DNA from: Bacillota bacterium
GTDB taxonomy: Bacteria; Bacillota; Desulfotomaculia; Desulfotomaculales; Ammonificaceae
NCBI GenBank assembly: GCA_040755295.1
Contig: JBFMBK010000007.1
Coordinates: 35,932 to 99,931, forward strand
Direction: 5' to 3'
DNA: 64,000 bases
The notes below the pieces were generated by a model. It worked only from the letters and a program-made list of their open reading frames with translations. It ran no database searches and was not told where the DNA came from. The position numbers and the translations under genes are program-made. Shown here in pieces: positions 45,801 through 54,500 of this stretch. Position 1 is the stretch's first letter; each line of letters starts with the position of its first letter.

Positions 45801-48227
45801 CCGGCCGGCTGCGTCGAAGACATGGTAGGCAGCGCCCTGGCCGCCGACAACAACTTCAGTTTCACCACGGAGGCGGACACTTACGGGCCCACGGTGAGCA
45901 GCACCAATCCCGGTAACGGTACGGGTTGCGTGCCGACAGGCCAAACCATTACCGTTACCTTCGGTGAAAACGTCCAGGCGGGAAGCAGCTATGCGAGCAT
46001 CAACCTGAAAGACCAGTACGGCAATAACACGGCTTTTGGCAAGAGCATCAACGGCCAGGTGTTGTCCATCGACCCTACCAGCAACCTTAAGTATTCGGTG
46101 ACCTACACGGTCTATGTTCCCGCGGACTCGATCGACGACCTGCTGGGGAACGGGACGGACAGCGACTATACCTTCAATTTCACCACCGGAACCGGCACCG
46201 GTGACATGACGATCGTTGACGGCACGGGCTCGGTGGGGCAATATGCGTCGATAGCACTTGACGGTTCCGGCTACCCGCACATCAGTTACTACGACAGCTT
46301 CGTGAACTACGACCTTAAGTATGCCTATAAGGACGCCGGCGGCTGGCACACCGAGACGTTGGACAGCGCTGGGAGCGTGGGTACGTATACTTCTTTGGCT
46401 CTCGACGCATCCAATTATCCGCACATCAGTTATTACGACGGCACGAACTACGACCTCAAGTACGCCTATAAGGACGCCGGCGGCTGGCACACCGAAACCG
46501 TGGACAGCGCGGGGAGCGTGGGACAGTATACGTCGATCGCCCTTGATAATTCAAATTACCCGTATATTAGCTATTACGACGCTACTAACTATGATCTCAA
46601 GTATGCGTATAAGGACGCCGGCGGCTGGCATGTAGAGACCGCGGAGGGCGCCAACAGCGTGGGAATGTTTACGTCCATATCCCTTGATGCGTCGAACTAC
46701 CCGCACATAAGCTACTACGACAACGTACCCAACTACGATCTGAGGTACACGTACAAGGACGCCGGCGGCTGGCACGCCGAAACCGTGGACAACAGCGCTA
46801 CCTATCCCGGCCAGTACACGTCGATAAAGCTGAACGCGTCCGGTTACCCCCACATCGGCCATTACGACGGTTCCAGCGCCGACCTCAAGTACGCCTATAA
46901 AGACGCCGGCGGCTGGCACTTGGAAACCGTCGACAGCGCGGGGAGCGTCGGATCTTATACATCATTGGATCTCGACGCGTCGGACTACCCGCACATCAGT
47001 TATTTTGACGGCGGTAACTGGGACCTGAAATACGCCTTTAAGGACGGCAGCGGGTGGCATACATACACGGTTGATTGCACGGGGATGGTCGGACAGTTCA
47101 CGTCGCTGGTCCTCGACACGAACGACGTGGCGCATATAAGCTACTACACGGTAACAAACGCCGACCTAAAGTACGTTAGTTGGTCGCCGGGAAGCAGCCC
47201 GGCGGTAGACAGCACCGACCCGGCGGGCGGGACCGTTGACGTGGTGGTCGAAAAAACCGTTACCGTTACCTTTGACGCGGACATTCAGGCCGGCGACAAC
47301 TACGCCCAGATAGACGTGAAGCACCAGAACGGCACAAGCATTCCCTTTACAAAGAGTATCGCGGGCGCGGTGCTGACGATCGACCCGACCGGCAACCTGG
47401 CCAACAGCGTCAGCTACACGGTGTACGTCCCGGAAAACGCGGTGAAAGACCTAAACAACAACGGACTGGCCGACGATTACACCTTCAGCTTCACCACCGA
47501 GGCGGACGCCGGCGCGCCGACGGTGCAGAGCACCGACCCGGCAAACGGCGCCACCAGCGTGGCGATAGACAAGACCATAACCGTCACCTTCAACGAGGAC
47601 ATCCAGGCGGGTGACAACTACGGACTTGTCAACCTGAAGGACCAGGGGGGCGTCGATGTGGCGTTTACCAAGAGCATCGCCGGCGCGGTGTTGACCATCG
47701 ACCCGGACAGCGACCTCAGCAACAGCGTTACGTATACCGTTTACGTTCCAGCGGGCTCGGTGAAAGACCTTACAAACAACGCCCTTGCTGCCGACTACAC
47801 CTTCAGTTTTACCACCATAAGCGGGTCGACCACCATCAGCATCATCGCGCCGGACGGCGTCAGCGGTTGGAGTCTGGACCCGTCCGCCGGCCAGCCCGAG
47901 ACAGAGTCCGGCACCCTTTCCGTTACCGTTGATCCTGCCGGCACACCCTGGGAGGTCACGGCGGCCGACAGCGACACCGTCAATACCAACGGGAGGATGA
48001 CCGCCTGGAACGGTTCCTACGACACCGACAGCAAACTGCAGAACGCGATGAAGATTGCGGGAGATTACGAGGTGACTTTGCCCAGCGGCGGTAAGATCGC
48101 CGACGGCGCCGGGGGAGGGTCCGTCCCGGTGACCTTCAAACAGACGGTGGGCTGGGTGGACCAGCCGCTATCGGGGGGCTACTCCTATAAGATTGTTGTC
48201 ACCTTTACCGCATCGGTCACGGTGTAG
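42828..48227 (+). CDS. giant secreted protein 1: [7-bladed propeller - Big_5 - Big_5] x3 - CTD
   Basis: The ORF is open from 42735. The ATG at 42828 gives the signal peptide MVLLMRQKPKHRNRYLLLRQSLMTAVMVACCFICTGTAALA. It has 21 copies of the ~47-aa repeat (G.YTSIALD.SGYPHISYYD..N.DLKYAYKDAGGWH.E.VD) and 6 Big_5-type Ig domains (P.V.STDPANGA.GV...TITVTFSENIQAG.NY..I.LKD....V.F.KSI.G.VLTIDP...L....YTVYVP....KD...N.LA.D..FSFTT). No SLH, LPXTG or TM anchor. Confidence 0.9.
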   Translation: MVLLMRQKPKHRNRYLLLRQSLMTAVMVACCFICTGTAALAAGWRTETVDSGGVVGEYTGIAVDSSAYAHISYYDGTNTDLKHAYQDSSGWHTEFAQASAANDIGQWTSIDLDGSDYPYISHYGASGNNLKYTYQNVSGWNNEGPDSTGDVGKYTSTKVDASNYPHVSYYDATNIYLKYAYKDAGGWHIETADTGAGTWTSLALDSSGYPHISYKYSGTSDLRYAYKDAGGWHIESVDTAGNTGGHTAIVLDGSNYPHISYRDITNAKLKYAYKDGSGWHIEDVTVAGNDAWYTSIALDSSGYPHISYYDYVNFDLGYAYKDGSGWHISTVDGTGDVGAYTAIALVSDIPRISYYDGTNGDLKYAWWDPDTVAPTVQSTDPVDSATDVIVGKTITVTFSENIQAGSAYASVNIKDQTGADVAFAKSIAGDVLTIDPTSNLSYSVSYTVYVPANSIKDMGDNGLAADCTFSFTTEADTTPPAVQSTDPANGAAGVVVGKTITVTFSENIQAGDNYAQITLKDNNNNNAAFTKSIADAVLTIDPTGDLNSNLTYTASIPAGAIKDLLNNATTSEYSFSFTTENTGSTATVDSTGNVGQYTSIKVDGSNNPRISYYDVTNADLKYAYKDGSGWHTETIDSTGTVGLHTSLAIDASGYPRISYSDNTNYDLKYAYKDAAGWHTETADSGGSVGQYSSIALDGSGYPHISYHDWIFNYDLKYAYKDAGGWHAETVDGAGSTGTYTSIALSVLNYPYISYYDYTNYDLKLAYKDAGGWHTETVDGATYMVGSYTSIALNGSGYPCISYYDDSNDDLMYAYKDAGGWHTETVDSTGSVGSYTSLALDTSGYPHISYYDGSPLDLKYAYKDGSGWHLQTLDSNGTVGQYTSIDIDSSNYAHISYYDTTNGDLKYIWTGDTSAPTVSSTGPASGATGVLVGQTITVNFSENVQTGDNYASINLKDESGNDVAFVKSINGAALTIDPTSNLDYSVTYTVYVPAGCVEDMVGSALAADNNFSFTTEADTYGPTVSSTNPGNGTGCVPTGQTITVTFGENVQAGSSYASINLKDQYGNNTAFGKSINGQVLSIDPTSNLKYSVTYTVYVPADSIDDLLGNGTDSDYTFNFTTGTGTGDMTIVDGTGSVGQYASIALDGSGYPHISYYDSFVNYDLKYAYKDAGGWHTETLDSAGSVGTYTSLALDASNYPHISYYDGTNYDLKYAYKDAGGWHTETVDSAGSVGQYTSIALDNSNYPYISYYDATNYDLKYAYKDAGGWHVETAEGANSVGMFTSISLDASNYPHISYYDNVPNYDLRYTYKDAGGWHAETVDNSATYPGQYTSIKLNASGYPHIGHYDGSSADLKYAYKDAGGWHLETVDSAGSVGSYTSLDLDASDYPHISYFDGGNWDLKYAFKDGSGWHTYTVDCTGMVGQFTSLVLDTNDVAHISYYTVTNADLKYVSWSPGSSPAVDSTDPAGGTVDVVVEKTVTVTFDADIQAGDNYAQIDVKHQNGTSIPFTKSIAGAVLTIDPTGNLANSVSYTVYVPENAVKDLNNNGLADDYTFSFTTEADAGAPTVQSTDPANGATSVAIDKTITVTFNEDIQAGDNYGLVNLKDQGGVDVAFTKSIAGAVLTIDPDSDLSNSVTYTVYVPAGSVKDLTNNALAADYTFSFTTISGSTTISIIAPDGVSGWSLDPSAGQPETESGTLSVTVDPAGTPWEVTAADSDTVNTNGRMTAWNGSYDTDSKLQNAMKIAGDYEVTLPSGGKIADGAGGGSVPVTFKQTVGWVDQPLSGGYSYKIVVTFTASVTV
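42954..43931 (+). repeat. propeller array 1 of giant 1 (7 blade repeats, velcro-type closure)
   Basis: It starts with an isolated GWRTETVD strand and ends after DLKYAWWD without one. Seven ~47-aa units were counted by eye. Confidence 0.75.
44577..45560 (+). repeat. propeller array 2 of giant 1 (7 blade repeats)
   Basis: TATVDSTGNVGQYTSIKVD... through ...DLKYIWTGD. Seven units counted by eye. Confidence 0.75.
46200..47185 (+). repeat. propeller array 3 of giant 1 (7 blade repeats; most uniform copies)
   Basis: MTIVDGTGSVGQYASIALD... through ...DLKYVSWSP. Adjacent units share long identical DNA stretches, for example tataaggacgccggcggctggcacaccga at 46325 and 46466. Confidence 0.75.
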
Positions 48228-48239
48228 GGGGAGCGTATC

Positions 48240-49697
48240 ATGTGTCTAAAGTCTTTTATAGCATGCCTGCTGGCATTTTCACTAAGCCTTGCGCCAGCAA
48301 ACACTTGTTTTGCGAATCCCGGTTTGGTGGTCGGTGGGGCCACCATCGACAGGGAGGTCGGTCCCGGTATTTACAGCCACGTAATCGCGGTCAGCCTGGG
48401 GCAGGGAGACCCGGCCACCGACGTCCAGGTTAATGTGAAGGGTTTCGGGCAGAAATCCGACGGCGTCCTGGAACCTGTTTCGCCTGCTCTTGACACCGGT
48501 CCGTACACGGCGCGCGGCTTTATCAACGTAGACAGCGCGTCGTTTCACCTTGATCCGGGAGAATCGAAGGACGTTAACGTCACTATCAACGTTCCCGGCG
48601 GCGTCGGTGACGGAGGAAGGTACGCGGTGATAAGCGTTTGTTTGTCTCCTCCCGCCGGGGGAGACGTCAATGTGGCGTCCGGCATAGTCGTCCCCGTCGT
48701 ATTGACCATTCAGGGGAGTGAGTTTGTTCACAGCGGGGAGATAAGCGGCCTGTCCGCCAATGTTGCAAACGAGGGACAGTATGTAGAAATAATGACCGGT
48801 TTTCGAAACACGGGGAACCATCACTTTAAAATTAAAGGAGAGGGTACGGTATACAGCGCCGGCGGACAGGCGCTCGCAACGATAAGCGAGCCGCTTGCCG
48901 CTTCTTCATTGATCCCCGCCATGTCCATGCTGCTTAAGGCAACTTACGCGCCGGCGGGAGGACTCAGCCCGGGTAATTACTCGGTCCTTTCTAGGGTGAT
49001 GCTTGAGGACGGCACCCTGCTGGACGAAGCCACCGGGCAGTTTACGGTGACTGTTAAGACGCCCGGACCCGCAGGCGGCGGTTACTCAGGTTTGCCGGGG
49101 AGAAACCCAAATGTCAATACGCCATTATCCCCGGCATTTAACGATATCGCCGGGCACTGGGCTGAAAGCGACTTAAAGGTAATGTCCGGGTTGAGAATCG
49201 TCCGCGGGGTCGGCGGCGGAAAGTTCTGTCCGGACAGGCCGGTTACCAGGGCGGAGTTTGCGGCCTTTTTGATCCGGAGCCTGGGTATCGAAGAAGTCCA
49301 ACCGAAGGGCGGTCATTTCAAGGATGTCCGGGACGGCGATTGGTATTACGGGGCGGTGGAAGCGGCTTTTAAGGCGGGACTGCTGCGGGGATACCCGGAT
49401 GGTTCCTTGCGGCCGAACGCCCGGATTACCAGGGAAGAGATCGCCGCAATCCTGGCACGGGTTTTGACCCAGAACCAGAAACAGGCAACAACCGATATCG
49501 AGACGGTGTTAGCGCGATTCACCGATCGGATAAGGATCGCCATTTGGGCCCGAAAGGCAGCCGCGCTGACCGCGCAGGAACGCATAATCGAGGGCCGGAG
49601 CGGTGGGCTGTTTGCGCCAAAAGAGAACGCGACCCGGGCGGAAGCGGTTGTCCTGCTGAAACGGATGCTGGTCAGCCTCGGGAGGCTGTCTTGTTGA
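48240..49697 (+). CDS. SLH-anchored (3x SLH) protein, paralogue 2
   Basis: ATG 12 nt after the giant-1 stop. Signal peptide MCLKSFIACLLAFSLSLAPANTCFA/NP. The domain order matches 41300-42688 (..GRYAVISV.., ..FRNTGNHHFKIKGEGTV.., SLH FNDIAGHWAESDLKVMSGLRIVRG..). Confidence 0.88.
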   Translation: MCLKSFIACLLAFSLSLAPANTCFANPGLVVGGATIDREVGPGIYSHVIAVSLGQGDPATDVQVNVKGFGQKSDGVLEPVSPALDTGPYTARGFINVDSASFHLDPGESKDVNVTINVPGGVGDGGRYAVISVCLSPPAGGDVNVASGIVVPVVLTIQGSEFVHSGEISGLSANVANEGQYVEIMTGFRNTGNHHFKIKGEGTVYSAGGQALATISEPLAASSLIPAMSMLLKATYAPAGGLSPGNYSVLSRVMLEDGTLLDEATGQFTVTVKTPGPAGGGYSGLPGRNPNVNTPLSPAFNDIAGHWAESDLKVMSGLRIVRGVGGGKFCPDRPVTRAEFAAFLIRSLGIEEVQPKGGHFKDVRDGDWYYGAVEAAFKAGLLRGYPDGSLRPNARITREEIAAILARVLTQNQKQATTDIETVLARFTDRIRIAIWARKAAALTAQERIIEGRSGGLFAPKENATRAEAVVLLKRMLVSLGRLSC

Positions 49698-49724
49698 TTA
49701 GTTAAGATAGCCGCAGGTTAAGAA

Positions 49725-49800
49725 GAGGCATGAAGAAACAGTGGGGGGCGGTTACTCCTACAGGATAGTGGTCACCTTTACCGCATAGGTTGTTGTTTAA
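49725..49800 (+). pseudogene. relic of the 3' end of a CTD-encoding gene (last ~15 codons only)
   Basis: ggcggttactcctacaggatagtggtcacctttaccgca (49748-49785) encodes GGYSYRIVVTFTA. This is nearly identical to the giant-2 end (ggcggttactcctacaggattattgttacctttaccgca). The sequence upstream has no further similarity to the giants. Confidence 0.75.
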
Positions 49801-49851
49801 CCATACTTTAAGACATGCGGATACTTTAACCGCTTCAGTTTTTTCACAAGT

Positions 49852-49886
49852 CCTGCTTTTAAATTAGTAAGCAGGTCTTTTTTTTA
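49852..49886 (+). terminator. rho-independent terminator after the relic
   Basis: Stem cctgctt / aagcagg with a 10-nt loop, then tctttttttt. Confidence 0.7.
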
Positions 49887-50049
49887 GTCCCAAAATGGTA
49901 TTATCCGTTGTATATTTAGATAAATCCAGGGTGAAAATTATAAATCCGATATGGAAACGGCGTCAGTTGTTGCCACGTGAAAAGACAATTATACGTGAAA
50001 AGTAAGGACAAAGCAGACGAGTAATTTTAATTAAAGGAGAGGATGCCGA

Positions 50050-51294
50050 TTGAAACCATCAAAACCCAAAGTCGAAGTAAACGGTTGGACAACCAGGCGG
50101 TTGACCTGGCGTGGTTCCCTGATCTCGGCCGTTGTGTTTGCGCTTGCGCTCGTTGCCGCGTTTACGGACGGCGTGGCCGCAGCCGGCGCCTGGAACATTG
50201 AAACGGTGGACAGCGGGGGAAGTGTCGGGAAGTGGACCTCTATGGCTATTGACCCGGCGGGATCCTCCCACATCAGTTACTACGACCGGACCAACGGGGA
50301 CCTGAAATACGCCCGCCAGGACGGAGGCGCGTGGGTCATTGAGTTTGCGAAACAAGCCGGCGCCAACGTGGGGAAGAGCACGTCGGTCGCGCTCGACGCG
50401 TCCGGTTACCCGCACATCAGTTACTGTACCGGCGGTACACCCACTAAATTAATGTACGCTTATAAAGACGCTTCCGGTTGGCATTCCGAGCTCGTCTGGG
50501 GAGGTACGGTAGACGTCGGCGAATACAACTCGATAGCGGTAGACGCGGACGGATACCCCCACATCAGCTTCTACAATTCCCAGGGCCGTTTGATATATGC
50601 GTACAAGGACGCCGGCGGCTGGCATTTCGAGGGGGTGGACGCATCGGTGAATGTCGGCGGCGCTTGGAATTCCCTGGTCCTCGACAGTGCCGGCAACCCG
50701 CATATCAGCTACAAGCGCATCACCTGTTGGTCAAAAAGAACCTACAATTGGACCCTAAAGCGCTGGATCTATAAGGAGTGGCTCGAACACAATCTGGCAT
50801 ACGCTTACAGGGACGGCGCCGGCTGGCACGTTGAAATCGTGGACAGCGGCAACAGAATGGGCCCGTATGACCACCTGATAGATACTACTTACGTGGAGGA
50901 AATGGAAAAGCCGAGAACGGGCAGCCACGGCTCGATATGCCTTGACGCCTCCGGTTTACCGCATATCAGCTACCGCGGCGGCGCGGCCTTGAAGTACGCT
51001 TATAAGGACGCCGGCGGCTGGCACGTCGAAAAGGCCGATGATGCAGCTACGGCCAATTTCACTTCAATAAAAGTGGGGGGTTCCGGCAGGCCGCAAATCA
51101 GCTATTACGACATTGTAAATTGCGATCTGAAGTATGCTACGAGGGATGCTTCCGGCTGGCTCATTGAAACGGTAGACTCCATCGGTGTTGTCGGCAAGTA
51201 TTCGGCCCTGGCGCTGGACGCCGGCGAGAATCCCCGCATCAGCTATTATGACGAGACAAACGCTGATCTGAAATACGCCTGGCAGGCCCCGTAA
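50050..51294 (+). CDS. secreted/membrane-tethered stand-alone 7-bladed propeller protein (same repeat family, no Ig, no CTD)
   Basis: TTG start after aaaggagagg, then a hydrophobic N-terminal segment SLISAVVFALALVAAFTDGVAA. There are seven blade repeats, one of them carrying a ~35-aa insertion (..KRITCWSKRTYNWTLKRWIYKEWLEHN..). Confidence 0.85.
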   Translation: MKPSKPKVEVNGWTTRRLTWRGSLISAVVFALALVAAFTDGVAAAGAWNIETVDSGGSVGKWTSMAIDPAGSSHISYYDRTNGDLKYARQDGGAWVIEFAKQAGANVGKSTSVALDASGYPHISYCTGGTPTKLMYAYKDASGWHSELVWGGTVDVGEYNSIAVDADGYPHISFYNSQGRLIYAYKDAGGWHFEGVDASVNVGGAWNSLVLDSAGNPHISYKRITCWSKRTYNWTLKRWIYKEWLEHNLAYAYRDGAGWHVEIVDSGNRMGPYDHLIDTTYVEEMEKPRTGSHGSICLDASGLPHISYRGGAALKYAYKDAGGWHVEKADDAATANFTSIKVGGSGRPQISYYDIVNCDLKYATRDASGWLIETVDSIGVVGKYSALALDAGENPRISYYDETNADLKYAWQAP

Positions 51295-51326
51295 ATGCGG
51301 GTGTAAACTAACAGACGTGAGTAAAA

Positions 51327-51358
51327 AGAGCACCGCGGGCGCGGTGCTCTTTATTTTG
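51327..51358 (+). terminator. rho-independent terminator
   Basis: agagcaccgc / gcggtgctct GC-rich stem followed by ttatttt. Confidence 0.75.
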
Positions 51359-51558
51359 CTTTAAGGTTTCCGGGTGGAAAAAGCGTAAAATAATTGGTTT
51401 AAACGCTTCAATGACTTTGCGCTGAATTTAAAATACTGCTGGAAAATTACCGGGCAAGAAGGAAAAATGCGAATAAAGGCGAAAAGGTGAATAATCGGCT
51501 ATCAGTACACAACATTTCGCGGGCCGTTACGGGTGGCTTCAGCCTAAACGAAAACTGA

Positions 51559-54500
51559 TTGAAAGCTGGTCGAACTATGGTTCTCGTAAGGTGGGTAACC
51601 CGTTTCGCTTTCAGGTGTTGTCTGCCCAGACGCAGAATGGTACTGGGGACGGCGCTTTTTTTCTTTATACTTGCGGTTGTTGGGACGTGTGACGTTGCCT
51701 TGGCGTTTCAGACTCCGGGATACTGGGCAACGGAGTACGTCGCCTACGAGGGGCACACCGTAGGAAGGTTTTCATCGCTTGTACTTGACGGGTCAGGAAA
51801 TCCCCACATCAGCCATTACGATGCGACTAGCGGCGACCTGCTCTATTCATACGAAGACGGCTCAGGCTGGCACACCGAAAACGTGGACGGCGCCGGGAGC
51901 GACGTGGGGAAGTACACGTCCATCGTCCTTGACGGCAGTGGTTACCCCCATATCAGCTACTACGACACCACCAACGGCAACCTGAAATACGCTTACAAGG
52001 ATGCCGGCGGCTGGCACGCGGAGACCGAGGACCAGGACACGGCCGGCAACGTCGGGCAATATACGTCGCTGGCCTTGAACGGGTCCGGGTATCCATGCAT
52101 CAGTTACTACGACGTTAGCAACACCAATCTCAAGTATACCTATAAAGACGCCGGCGGCTGGCATGCCGAGAACGCCCATGGTTCGGCCAACGATGTTGGG
52201 AAGTACTCGTCCATGAAGCTGAACGCGTCCGGGTACCCCTGTGTCGGCTACTACGATGCGACGGCCGGCGACCTGAATTACGTCTATAAAACCGCCGGCG
52301 GCTGGCAGGCGCCCGCCCAGGTGGACGGCGCCACGAACAACCAGGGGCAGTACTCGTCGCTGGCGTTTAACGCCTCCGGGTATCCGTGCATCAGCTACAT
52401 CGCCGTTGCCAACAACAATATCAGGTACGCCTGGTGGGACGGCGCAGCCTGGAACAAACAGGCCGCATCCGCCGGGATCTTTCAGGGCACGGATACGTCC
52501 CTCGCCTTTGACAACAGCGATCTGCCTGCGATCAGTTATTGCGATTTGTCCGGTGACCTGAGTTACGTGTACAAAGACGCCGGCGGCACCTGGTGGTCTC
52601 AACACCCGAACGTAGCTTGTGGATCAACTTATCAAACCTCTTTGAAATTCGACGCTGACGGCAACCCACGCATCAGCTGTTACTACTCGACCACAGGGAT
52701 ATTAGGTTATGCTCGGTGGGTCTACGATGCCGCTGCGCCGACGGTACAGAGCACCGACCCGGCAAACGGCGCCACCGGCGTGGCGCTTAATAAAACCATT
52801 ACCGCCACTTTCGACGAGAACATTCAGCAGGGCGCCAACTGGAGCAGCATCGCCCTAAAAGACCAGGCCGGCGCCGACGTTGCTTTTGCCAAGAACATCG
52901 CCAACAGCGTCCTTACCATTGACCCGTTTAGCAATTTCAACTACGGCGTGACCTACTGGGTGTACGCCGTGGCCGGTTCGGTAAAGGACATGGCCGAGAA
53001 CGGTTTGGCGGGCGACTACGTGTTCAGCTTTACCGCCGTGGCTGATACGACGGCCCCTACCGTCAGCAATACGAACCCTTCTAACGGCGCCATGTACGTT
53101 CCCCTGACCAAGACGATAACCGTCACTTTCAACGAGAACATCCAGGCCGGGGACAACTACGGCAGCATTACCTTGAAGGACAGTGCGGAAACAACCGTGG
53201 CTGTCACCAAAAGCATCAACGGTGCCATACTTACAATCGACCCCGACGGCAACCTCGACTATAGCGAAACCTATACGGTGCGGCTTCCGGCCGGTGCTAT
53301 CGAGGACGTGTGGGGGAACGGCCTTGCCGGTGACTACACCTTCAGCTTCACCACGTCAGGCTGGTGGACCGAGACCGTGGACGGCGCAAGTGCCAACGTG
53401 GGGCAATGGACTTCGATTAAGATCGATGCTTCCGGTTATCCGCATATCAGTTATTACGACACCACCAATACCGATCTTAAATACACTTACCAGGACGCCG
53501 GCGGCTGGCACACCGAGACGATCGACGGCGCAGGTGTCAGCGTGGGGCAGTATACGTCCTTGGCCCTTGATACTTCCGACTATCCGCGCGTAAGCTATTA
53601 CGACACGACCAACGGCGACCTAAAGTATGCATATAAAGACGGGTCTGGCTGGCACACTGAGCAGGCGTCCGGCGCCGGCGTCAACTCGGGTTTATACACC
53701 TCAATAATTCTTGATGCGTCCGGCTACCCCCATATCAGCTACCTTGAGTGGTACAACTCTGGTCCATACGGAGAACCTTTATATAATCTCAAGCATGCTT
53801 ATAAGGACGCCGGCGGCTGGCACACCGAGACGGCGGACGGCGGTGATTGTTTCGGCGACACTACTTCGATCGACCTGGACGCGTCCGGTTATCCCCACAT
53901 CAGCTATTGCAGCGCGATATACGATGTGTGGCAGGATACTTATGTCGCCAACCTCAAATATGCGTACAAGGACGGGTCGGGGTGGAACTTGAGTGCCCCT
54001 GATAGTGCGGGTGACATCAGCGGTCACTGGCCGTCTCTGACCCTGGATGATTCTGATTATCCTCATATAAGTTATCAAGATAGCGCCCACCTGGAGTACG
54101 CATATAAGGACGGTAGCGGCTGGCATTACACCACTGTCGATAACTCAGCGGGTTCATGTACGTCTATCAGCCTGGACGTTTCCGGGTATCCGTGTATAAG
54201 TTACAGCGGCGGGCTTAAATACGCCTATAAAAACGCGTCCGGCTGGCACACGGAAACCGCGGACAGCGCAGGCTACTATACGTCGTTTGCCTTCGACACG
54301 TCCGGCCTCCCTCATGCCAGCTACTGGGACAACGCCAACGGCGACCTGAAGTATGCTTACCGGCCGGCCGATGTCTACCTGCCGACGGTACATAGCACCA
54401 ACCCTGCCGATGCGGCCGTTAACATCCCGGTAACCAAGACCGTCACGGTCACCTTCAGCGAAAACGTGCTGGCAGGCGCCAACTACGGACTGATCACCCT

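Noticed and set aside
45537-46490. Long antisense ORFs across the giant and SLH genes (for example 45537-46490, 58764-59978, 41345-42148, 51862-52605, 54154-54693, 42876-43391).
   Set aside because: They lie opposite ORFs with clear signal peptides and repeat/domain structure. Their translations are Gly/Arg/Val-rich and low in complexity. The repetitive, GC3-rich sense sequence removes antisense stop codons. They are artefacts of composition.
42954-47185. Whether the highly regular repeats in the giant genes could be a CRISPR array or a tandem satellite.
   Set aside because: The repeat period is ~141 nt, in frame, with a continuous ORF and protein-level conservation. There is no short direct-repeat/spacer alternation and there are no cas genes.
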